Shown in pieces: positions 17,073 to 28,400 of a stretch of DNA of 64,000 nt. Under the pieces are notes generated by a model. It had not been told where the DNA came from. It ran no database searches and was given only the letters and a program-made list of their open reading frames with translations. Positions within the stretch are counted from its first letter, which is position 1; every line of letters begins with the position of its first letter. The translations under genes and the position numbers were made by a program. The DNA comes from Cyanophora paradoxa CCMP329 (lineage: Eukaryota > Plantae > Glaucophyta): positions 124,001 through 188,000 of the forward strand of contig QPMI01000627.1 of NCBI GenBank assembly GCA_004431415.1, given 5' to 3'.

Positions 17073-17497
17073 CGGCAGGGCTCACCCACGAGCCTGCAAC
17101 GCCTCCACGCCTCCAACACACTCGCAGCGCTGTTGTCGACCGTTCTCGAAGCGCTGCGATGCCACGCAGGTCGGTGCAGAGCGCGGCGGAGCGGGTGACC
17201 GGGGGAGGCGTACGCGCGGACCCGGACGCCTGAGTGCTGCGATGCCGCGGAGCTCCGCCGCGATCTAGCAACGAGCTCGAGCTCGAGGGGCCGGGTGAGG
17301 CTTCTTTTTTTGACCCGGGGTCAAGCTGGACGCGGGTACGCCTACGGCGGCCCTCTTAAGCGCCATCTAGGGCGCCAGCAAAGCTTACGTAGACTCAGAC
17401 ACAGGTCACTCAGCGTGTCGAAGGAGTCGCGTGGCGGCCGGCGGACGCCGAGCGAGTCGATTCGGTCGCCCTGCTGGTTCGGCGCCTCCATTCCGGC

Positions 17498-19415
17498 ATG
17501 CTCGCGGTCGGGAGCCGCGCGGCGGGCGCGGCGGGCCGCACGCGATCCGCCCGGCCGATGGAGCGAGCGCTCAGCCGAGCGTCCGCTGCCGGGCCCGCCG
17601 CGGCCGTGGCGGACGCGGAGGCGGCCATCCAAGCGGCGCAGCGGGCGCTGGGCGAGTTCAAGGCGCTCGTGCAGGAGCCGCACGGCCGCAGCCCGAACGG
17701 CGGGCTCTACGGCTACATCGAGCACCAGCTCGCCTCCGTCCTCGAGGCGACGCGCTACGCCGGCGCGGGCATCGCCAGGGCCGCCGCGTCGCCCTCGGCG
17801 GTCATCGCGAGCGAGGCGGAGCGAGCGCTCGCCTCCCTCGCCGACGCGTGTGAGGCGCGCCTCTTCTTTCCCCCTTCGAATTCCCATCTCCGGATCCGCT
17901 CGCCCGCCGCTTCTCTAACGACCGACCGGCGCGCGCGCGCAGCACACCGAGATCGCAGAGGCAAGCACGCGCTCGCTCTCGAGCGCCGCCCCGCGCGCGC
18001 GCCCCTTAGCTGATCATGAGCGCCGCCCCCTTAGCATGAGCGCTGATCATGAGCGTCTTAGCCGAGCACCGCCCCGCGCGCGCGCCCGTTAGCTGAGCGC
18101 CTTTGCCCGCAGATGATCGCTTCCGTCAGCCTTGCGGAGCACGAGGCGCTGGACGCCGTGCGCGAGGGCGCCCTGGAGGAGGCGGGTACGGCAATCGAGC
18201 GGGCCGCCCGCCGCGCCGACATCCACCTGGGGTACAAGGAGATTCGGAAGGCCGTGCGCGGGCTCGTCGACGGGCGCGTCGCGGAGGGGGGCGACCTGGC
18301 GAACCTCGTCCGGCCCGCCGTCACCATGGGTACGCGGTCGAGAAGATTTCTCCTCCGAGCGTTCACCTGAGCCTGAGCCTGAGGCTGAGCTCGCGGCAGG
18401 GACGAGCGACTGGGGCAGGGCCTGCGTGGTGCCCTGGTCCGTGGCGAAGCACATGGCGCCCCAGAGGCGGGACCGCGCCCCAATCGTGTGGGTCGCGGAC
18501 CCGCCGCCGCCGGGCGGCCCCGCTGGCATTCCGAAGGGGCTCCGGCTGGGCCCCACCCCGCGGCACGGGCGCGGGCTCTTCGCGGAGCGCCGGTTCGAAT
18601 CCGGCGAGATGATCATCGAGGAGCCGCCGCTGGCGGACGTGGCGCTGCAGGGATTCGAACCGGAGACGCGCGAGGCGGCGAGCCTAGCGCAGGGCTTCCT
18701 CGCAGCGGCGCTCGCCGCGCGGGCGGCCGGCGCCCGCGGCGGCCGCGCCGCCCTCGCCGCCCTCGCCGAGGGGGGTACAGACCTCGAGGCGGAGGAACGG
18801 TCCTTCTACGAGGCGTTCCTCGAGGACGTCCTCGTACCCCTCCGCGCCGCCCCCGACCTCTCCCGCGTCGACCGCGACCTGTCCGTACCCCCCTCCCCAT
18901 AGCAGAACGCCGCACCCCCCTGAGCCGCGCCGTGCGTACCCCCCCAGGTACTGGACCGCGGCGCGGGCGCTGGCGCGGGGGCTACACTTCAGTTCCGTGT
19001 CGGACGCCCCGCCGGACGACGAGGGGCGCCCGGGGTACAGGCCGCCCCCGGCCGCCCCGGAGGCCCCCCTGGGCCCCGTCCGCGTTCTCCGAAAGCGGGT
19101 ACCCCCCTTATCTTCCCCTTCCCCCCTCCCCTGTTCCCTGCCGAGCGTTTCGGCAGGTGTACCCCACGATCTCTCTTTTGAACAGCGCCTGCGACCCGAA
19201 CGCGGCTACGGTCGACACCGGCCGCGTCGCCGCCGCGCGCGCCATCGCCCCCGGCGAGGAGGCGCGTACCCCCCACCCCGGCCCGCGCTCGCGCACCCCC
19301 GCCGAGGCCGCCCCCGCAGGTGCGGATCTACTACGGGCCGGGGTACTTCAGCGCGGAGCGGCCCTGCACGTGCGACCGGTGCTTCGGGGCGGGGGGCAAG
19401 GCGCCAGCGAGATAG
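17498..19415 (+). CDS. SET-domain (SMYD-like) lysine methyltransferase-family protein
   Basis: Motifs HGRGLFAERRFESGEMIIEEPPL, VYPTISLLNSACDPNA, AARAIAPGEE|VRIYY and post-SET CTCDRC. Stop TAG at 19413-19415. Confidence 0.85.
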
Positions 19416-19493
19416 CGGGGGGTACATGCAAGGCGCCAGCAGTCGCGAGATCAAGAAGTCAAAACCTCTTCACAGCTAGGCACCGCCAGATGT

Positions 19494-22400
19494 CTACGTG
19501 TAGTAAATGTGGCGGAGCAGGCTGGACTGGGCGGCGAGGGGGGTAGAGGATTCGAGGGGGAGCTCCGTACCTAGGGCTAGGGACGACTGGCCGCGGCTCG
19601 AGGCCGCGGCGGGCTCGAGGCCAAGGGGCGCCCAGGGCGGCGCCGCCGGCCGGTCGTGATCGCGGTCGCGATCGTCGCGATCGCGGAGCGCCGAGGTCGA
19701 TCGCGAGCGGACGCGGGGCAGGGTCGCCTGCGATCGATTTCGCGACGCTTGCTGCAGCTCGTCGCGAGTAGGGCGGCCGCCTGCAGCTGCTGGCGCCGCG
19801 GGGGCCGGGGCCGAGGCGGAGGCCGAAGAGGATGACGTCGAAGGGGAGGGGACGGGGTCGCTGCCGCGGGGCTGGGCCAGGGCCGGCGCCGAGACGCGCC
19901 GGCCGCGGGCGGGGCCCATCGCCAGGTCCGGAAGCGACACGACTCTTCGTGGCGCACCGGTACCCCCGATGCCCTTCGCCGGGCTCGATGCCGAATTCGA
20001 AGCTTTGACCTGAATTCGAAGATAACGTTATGTACATGTACGATTTTGTGAATTAGAGGAAGCAATTCTTAAAAGCCTTCACCTTAATCGAGCCGGCCAC
20101 GTCGCTCTTGCCCTTGATGTTGGAGACTGCGCTGATCCAACTGGGCCCGATATCGATTTCGATGGCGTCGATCTGCAGCCCCGACCCGCACGGTGAGATA
20201 GGGTGCCCGACCTCCCGCGGGTCTAGGAGAGAGCGAGAGAGACAGGCTGGTATGATAAAAGATCTATGATCATAAGAAATCTCTTAGATCTAATACACGC
20301 AAGATCTCTCGGAGCCTCAAGGGGGGGGGGGGGGGGGGGGGGGGAGGGGGGCCGCTGCACGCACGTCTGCCTCCTCCAGAGTGTCCGCGGTCTGTATCCC
20401 CCGCTTCTGCTTCGGCAGTCAAGACCAGTACTAGTGCCGCTGATCACGAGCCGCGCGCCCCCGTCTCTTAAGAGCGACTATATATTATTTAAAGTAAAAC
20501 CGGATAATGCCTTCTAAGATCTAGACTAAAAGGGCTGTGCCACAGACTAAACCGGATAATGCCTTCTAAGACCCTTAAAGACTTCAAAACGGAGCGAAAG
20601 ATCTTAGACTAGACCAGATAATGCCTTCTAAGATCTTAGACTTAAAACCGGATAATGCCTTCTAAGATCTTAGACTTAACACCGGATAATGCCTTCTAAG
20701 ATCCTTAAAGACTTTAAGGGCGCACCCCGAGCTCCTTCTTGAGGAGGCGGAAGACCTCGAAGGCGTAGCCGACGGCGGCGAGGGCGGCCGCCCCGAGGCT
20801 CGCCACGTCCGCCAGAAAGTCCAGCGCCTGCTCATAATTATAAAGTTACGTTATCATAACAAGCTCAAGCATAAGGTTAATGGGGCTGTGGGTGTTAATA
20901 ACCGTTGAACTGCTAAGCAATGAGTGTTCAACGGTTTATAACTGCTTGGTAATACCTCCGGACGTCGGTTTGCGCAGCAAACTTAATTATAAGCTTAGCT
21001 TAGTAAAGTAAATCCGATTCTGAATAATTGAATGAGAGCCGTCCAGAGGGCAGGGGCGCCCGCACCGTCGCGCGCTGGAGCCGTTCCACAAGCAGGTACG
21101 CCTGCGGGCCGGGCCGAGCGGGGACGAACGATCAGCGACGTGCAACGGACGGTCCATGCGCAGGGGGGAAAGGCAACAGTACTAGTGCAGCCTGATGAAA
21201 GAAAATATAATCGCTTCTATCTATGTGAACGGACGGACTTCTATTTTTAGAAGAGTGTGCGATCGATAGTTTCCCTCTAATTATAATGAGTTAATCTATC
21301 TTCCCTTAAAAAAAGAAGATCTGATTTCCCCTCTCGTTTCTTATGATTGCGCACCTGGGCGACGTCGAAGGAGGCGGCGAAGGCGACGGACTCCTCGGGG
21401 CAGAGCTCCAGGGCGCGCCCCGGCGGGCACACCTCCTACGCGGGGCGCGGCCGTCAGGTAGGGGGAGGGGAGGGGAGGGGCGAGAAGGGTGGGGGGGTGG
21501 GGGAGGGGGCCGGAGGAGTTGGATGAGAGGAGGGGGGGCGAGAGGGAGGGGAGGGGAGGGGAGGGGAGGGGGAGGGGAGGGGGGGGGGCGGGAAGGGTGT
21601 GTAGATGGGGGATGGTGGGTGTGGGGGGGGGGGGGATGGTGTGTGGGGGGGGGGAGGGGGCGTGCGGTGGGCGGGCGGCGGCGGGCCCGGGGTACAGTTT
21701 ATAGATCTAGGTGTATATTTCTAATGTCCAGCTGCGGGTCTTTCTCTAATGACGACGCCGTATGAATACGGATCCGGGTGAGGGGTGACGGCCGCCAGAT
21801 GGGTGAGGGGGGGAGGGGCGAGGGGGAGGGGGGGGAAACGGAGGGTCGCCCGAGGGGAGGGGGGGACGGGTTGGGGGGGTAAACCGGCCGATGATATTTC
21901 TAATGTCTCATACTAATGTTGCAAACTCGTGCTTATGTGCGAAGCTTAGTAGGGCAAAGCTTAAGTGCGCACGAAGTCGGTCTCGTCGCGCTCGGCGGGG
22001 CGGTTGTCGGAGGCGAACACGGCCGCCGCGTAGCGCGGCGCGCCGTCCAGCGCCGACGTGAAGTGCACCGCTGCGGATCCGGGTTCGAATCCGACCGCGA
22101 AGGGTTATAATTATAAGGAGCGGGCCCTGGAGATTGTATAGGGAGCTAAGGCCTAGACTAATCTAATGCAGCCGCACGGGCTCGTGAAGTGCACCGCTGT
22201 GGACCTGGATTCGAATCCGAGCGCGAAGGAACTATGTAAGGAGCGGGCCCTGGAGAATCTAGAATCTGGCCTGATATATATCCTAGTTTGGTGGGAGAGA
22301 ATCTACAGAGACCCTCGGGCCTGGCCTGATCCTAGATTAAAGAAAAGGACCGTAGAGAATCTAAGAGAATCTACAGCGGGAGCCTAGATTAATGCAACGC

Positions 22401-25400
22401 CGCCGCGCGGGCTCTGTACCGGTGAGCTCTGAGGAATACGGAGCTAAGGCCTGATATCCTAGACTAATTTAAATGCAGCCGTAGCTAATTAGCTAAGGAG
22501 GAGGACTAATTTCAATGCAGCCGTACAGGCTCGTAAATTGCACAGCGGCGAATTCGAGCCCGAGGCACCGGGCGGGAGGGCGGGAGGGGGGGCGGGCGGG
22601 CACTGCACCGGTGAGGGAGAGGGGTACGCGGACGGGGGTGGCGGCGCCGCGGAAGACGCGCCCGGGGGCGCTCGTGGAGGCCAGGCCCCGCGCCGCCGCC
22701 TCGGGCACCTGTGGGGCGGAGCAAGCTCAAGCTCAAGCTTAAGCTCAAGGCAAGCTTAAGTAATCAAGCTTAAGACTGCTTAAGACTGACAGGCCCCGCG
22801 CCGCCGCCTCGGGCACCTGCGCGCGGGGCGGAGCAAGCTCAATGCGAGCATGCAATTGCAAAAATTAAACATCTATTCGAATTCAACGTTTGCAAATTAA
22901 GTAGCCTCGGTAGGAGTTGTGTCCATGTTTTGAAGCTCGATAAAAGACTTCGAGATAAAAGTCTAAGATCTAGAGCAGCCATCGAGACCGTCGCGCGCCA
23001 GGTTCGAATTCCAAGTTTTGATGCAACCGCAATGTACCCTAATTATTCAATATGGCGAGCTCGTGCGCGGACCTCGATGGAGTAGGGGATGGAGACGGCA
23101 AAGGCGAGCCGGGAGGTCAGGCGGATCGTCGCGTTCAGGTCCTGCGCGGAAGCACATCAAGTTCAGTGATCGGGCAACAGAAGCGCATGCGGGATTAGAG
23201 CGCATGTACCTGCGTCGAGACCAGGCGGCACTGTGCGCAGGTCCACTCGACCCTGCGCAGGCGCAGGCGCAGGCGCGCCCCGGCGCCTCAGAACCGCTGT
23301 GGATATACAGAAGCCAACCGCCAAGGGCAAGCAGGCAGGCACACAGGCAGGGGCGGCCGGTTAGCGACTAGCTAGTTAACTAGTTTTTGGTGGATAGCTA
23401 TAGGACTCCGGGAGCAAGGAAGGGGCGCCTTATTTATATTCGCGCACAGGCAGGAGCGGCTGGCGTCGGCGGGGGCGCTGGAGACGGACTGGGCGCCCGC
23501 AAAGCCGGCGACCAGGACGCTCACGTCGGGCGATGCGCCCGTCACCTGCAAAGGCGAAAAAGCGGGCGGACAAGTTAGATGAGCAACTCATGTCATGCCC
23601 GCGATGACGTTGGCGATCGCGAAGCTTAAGCCATCGATCTCGAGCTCATGCATCGATATCATGGATTGGCTTATAATTAGAGGGCCCGTCGGCCGTTGAA
23701 GGCCGTTATTAAAGTTGGGGACCGATTTCTTAGCTTCTTGCGGCCGGTCGTGGCCTTCAATTGAAATCGAAGGCCTAAGGACTTCGACGTTAACGGACTT
23801 CGCCGTTCGATTAATATTGGAGGCTCTAGGCGTTCGATTTGGAGGGCGCACCGTGCAAGGCCCGCGGTAGCCGCGGAAGGTGGCGGCGACGCGGACGGGC
23901 CCGGCGATGGAGCCGACGGAGGGGGAGGCTCCCGGCGAGAGGGACTGGATGAGCACGTAGTTCGCCGCGGCCTGGGACCGCCGGCCGGCGCAACCGCGAG
24001 GGAGTCAGGGCCACAGCGAAACAATATTTATCAATCATCAGAATGCATTTGCGTTCTCGATCTCGTCTAGATCTGGATTTAGATCGTTCAGATTTGTGTA
24101 AGAAGCCTTCGACTCGCAGACGCTTTAATTCCGACTCGCAATGACGTCGACCTCATCATTGGCGCCGCCCCGCCCGGCCCGGCTCGCGAACGACGGACGC
24201 ACGTACTGGGCGACGACGAAGGCGACGGCGACGACCCCGAGGGAGGCGCCGAGCAGCGTGAAGAAGGACCCCGAGATCCGCCTCTGCCGGTCCTCTGCGC
24301 GCGAACGACGTCGACCGGCCTTGGTCAGCTTCGAATTCTATTCTGTAGCTGAGGGCGAATTCTAATGCTTCTAATGCTTCCAACGTTTCTAATGTTTCTA
24401 TTATTAAGGGCCGGGCCGTTTTCTGTTTCTGTTTTTAGCCGAGGGCGCATTCTAATGTTTCGGACCTTCCTTGTACAGGAGGTGGACCTTCAGCACCTGC
24501 GGACACTCTTATTAGATCTACATCGCAATCACATAAGATCTTGTTATTAGATCGCATTACTCTTCTTATTAGATCTAAATCACAATCACATAAGATCTTG
24601 TTATTAGATCGCATTACTCTTGTTATTAGATCTACATCAAAATCACATAAGACCGCGCTCGAATATAAGGGCACTCTTGTTATTAGATCGCATTCACATA
24701 AGACCACACTCGATTAGAAGAGGGGGCGCGCCGTGCGGAACCGATCTAGCCTAGATCTAGATTCAACTCTGTTCAGATTAGGCCACACTCGATTTAGATT
24801 TAGATTAGATCACGCTCGGTTAGGTTAGATATAAGGTCATGATCGAACTCGAACAAATAAACAAATAAACGGGCCTAGATCAATATATAAATAAATCTAA
24901 GATCACATGGAAGACATAATAGAAAGGGCGCGCCCTGCGGAACCTGGCCTTGCGCTGCTCCCGGTCGCCCGGGAGAAGCCGGAGGTACACGAAGAAGCCG
25001 AGCCCGATCACCGTCATCGCGCTGACCATCGCAACTGCGGGAGGGCGCGCGCGCACGATCCGAGCCATAAGATATCAGATATCAGGTACATGTATATCGG
25101 CATTTGCATGCTAGCGCTCTCGAATGCCGTGTAATTGTTGATCATCGAGTTTTATCGCGCACCCGAAATGAGCATGAAAATCCAGTAAAGACGCTTGTTA
25201 ATCGACTCCTCGGTCTCCACTTTCTGCGCGCACCCCATCCCGGATTGGCTTAAAGAACGAAGCGAGCACGGTCTGTGATGAATACTATAACGTATTATAT
25301 ACAAAACTTCCGCTCGAAGATGGCGTTGATTTATGAAAGTGATCAGCACTAAGTCACTTCGGAAAGGATTCTGGGCGCACCGTCGACGTGACCGTGCCGC

Positions 25401-28400
25401 TGTTCGTCCCGGCGCTGTTGCTGTACTGCGAGACGGTCACGTTGTCCGCCTCCGAGAAGGCGGCCGCCAACCGGCGGGACGCCTCGGAGAGCAGCCGCCG
25501 CCGGCCGCCGCTGTCTCCGGATCCACCGCTGCAGGCGAATCGCATCATAATCAGCTGATTCTCGAGTCTCCTGGACCCAACGTTTTGAATTCTCGATCGT
25601 TGAAGAGAGACACGGGGCAGATTTAGGAGGCAGAAAACTTCAAGGCTTGGAGTATATACGTAGGCACAACTTATAATCACTGGCGGTTCGCCACTCTCAC
25701 CTCGCCCTGATGGCTTCCACCTCGGGAGACCGCAGAAAAGAGCCGTCGAGGGGCTGGCTGGCGGCGACGGGGCAGAGCTCCGTCTCGGCGCAGGGCGCGC
25801 ACTCGGCCGCCCCCTCCGAGGCGGCGAAGTACCCTGCGCCGCAGGGGCGGCACCCGCCCGCCGCCATCGTTCCGTCGCGGAAAGTGCTGCGATTTCGAGT
25901 TGGGGGTCGCTAGAATTCGAGATCTAGAGGCGCGCGATCGTGAGAGTATCTTAGACCGCGGCCGTTCATTGTCCGATTCCTCATATGTATCAAGCGTGAA
26001 GTGAAAGCGAATTAATATAAGAACAACGGACCCGGCCGGGCACGCGACGCATGTGTCGCCAGGTTCGTTCGGAACGAAGCCGGCCGGGCAGGGCTGCCGG
26101 GAGCGAGCTCAGGCGGGCCAGGGCGGGGCGGGGCTCGCGGTGGGCTGGGCAGGGTCCGCACGGTGCACTGGAGGGAGCCAGGGGGACTGGCCCAGTTGGG
26201 AGGGCACGCCTGCGCGCGCACGCACGGGAACCGGGCGTCAGCAAAGCGGAGCCCGGAAGCTAAGCTCGCAGGGCAAAAGGAGCTCCGCAAGCAAGCAAGC
26301 AAGCGCGCCTCGCAGATCGATGACGTCACGTTCAGGAAGGTCCCTGATGCGTCGCGTCGCGTCACGGTAAAGAAAGGGGGACGGGAGTTGAAGGCGGACC
26401 CGAGGGGCAGGGGATGCAGCGCAGGCGGAGGGGGTCGGCTATCTGCCCGGGGGCGTCCACGTCCCCTGCGGCCGCCCCGCACGGCGAGCACTCCGCCAGC
26501 CCTTAAGAGGCACAAGCAATTCCCGGTCAGCTAACAAGCTTAAGTGAAGTAAAGCTAATTATATAAATAAGAACAGTCCCTAGTAAAGTAAAGCTAATTG
26601 TATAAGAAGAGTCCCACCGCGGAACGAGGCGACCGCGCGTACTATAAAGATACTATAAAAGTACTATACTATAAGTACTATAAAGTAAATCTAATAATTG
26701 TATAAGAAGAAGAGTCCCACCGCGGAACGAGGCGACCGCGCGGGGCGGGCACGGGCTGCACTTGCCGGCGACGGGGACCGTCCCCGCCTCGCACGCTGCC
26801 GGCCGCAGCGGTCTCGTTACTTTAGAAGCGCAGGCCCGGGGGGCGAGGCGAGGGGTCTGGCAAGCGCACGCGAGCACTCGGTGCGGTCGCCCCTCGGGAC
26901 CGTGCCGCTCGGGCTGCGCGCAGGCGGGACGGGCGCGGGCGACAGGCCCCGCTGTCAGAGCGAACGCTGGCAGCGGGCCGCTTGGCGGCCGCGGGGTGTG
27001 CCGCTTGATTTCATTTTATTAAAGGTCCGGCAAGCTCAAGCTTAACGCTTGTCAAGGCCCGTCATTGTGATTGGGGCGTTTTTGGCGCAGTGCGCTGGGG
27101 CGTGCGTACGCACCAGGGCGTGCATTTGGCCGAGCCGTACTCGTTGGTGAAGAGGCCGGCGCCGCAGGGCGCGCACCCCGCCCCCGTGGAGTTGGCGCCC
27201 CCGCCCCCGCGGTACGTTCCCTGAATTTAAAGATTGCGGATTAGTACGTAGTTGCAATTGAGCTCAAGGATTGAAGGGTTTCCTGTCGGATTGCGGAATC
27301 CGACAGGGAATCCGTTAACTTAAGATCTCGGATTAGTGCAAAGTTAAGGACTAGCGGCTCGCAGAACTAGTCAAGGATCCTGTCGTGTTGCAGAATGCAG
27401 AACTTCGCACCGGGAAGCAGGGGATGCACGACTTGCGGCTCGAGTCGGCGAAGTAACCCTCGGGACACTCCCGGCAGCCGCCGCCGGCGCCCGGGGCGTC
27501 CGAGTATGTGTTCGGCTCGCACTGCGGACATTGAAGCTTAAGCTTTCAAGGCGAAGCTAAGATGGAGGATGGAAGCTTGAGCTTAATTATAAGCGACAGG
27601 AGGACACAGGTTTGTATTCTATTCTATTCTATAAATCGATAAGAAGCTTGGAGGAAGCTTGGAGGCATGTTTATATAGAAGCTTGTTATATAGAGGAGGC
27701 ATGCCTAGGCTTGGAGGAAGCTTGGAGGCATGCCTAGGCTTCAAGCTTGGAAGCTTGGAGGCATGATTTCGCGCACTGGGACGCAGGCCGCCGTCCCGTT
27801 GGGCATGTAGTACCCCGGCTCGCACTTGACGCACGAGGCGGCGTCGTCGGAGGGGTACGAGCCGAGGGGGCAGGCGCCGCACGCGCCGGCGACGCCCCCC
27901 GCGCTGTACGTCCCCTGCGCTCAGATCAAATCAGATCAGATATGAGATATCAGATCAGATCAGATCTGAGCGCGGACGAACGGACCGGGCGGCAGGCGAT
28001 GCAGGAGGCCTGGCCCGGAAGCTGGTACGTGCCCGGCGGGCACGCCTCGCACCTCTCGCGGTCCCCGCTCGGGATCGACCCGGCGGGGCTGCCTCTTGTT
28101 TGTTAGAGGGAGCGTTAGAGGGAGGGAAGCAGGGCGCTAGTGCACGTAAATAGACTAAAACTGACTGGATAAATAGACTAAAATCGACTGGATACTAGTG
28201 CTCTAAGAAGACCAAAGCAGGGCGCCAGTGCACGCACCAGGGGATGCACTCGGTCGAGTTGGCCACTGAAGCGAATGCAAAGTGAGCAGAATTCGAAGGC
28301 CGCTCGAACAGAGAGGAGGGCTTGCAATTGCGAGATGAAACGTGAAATAAAACGCCGCTAGCGCGGAATCGTCGTGAAATTAAACGCCGCCCTTAAGCGC

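Noticed and set aside
20497-20716. CRISPR-like appearance of a 20-nt repeat with variable gaps
   Set aside because: The gaps are irregular and made of repeat-derived sequence, the array lies in a eukaryotic intron, and there are no cas genes.
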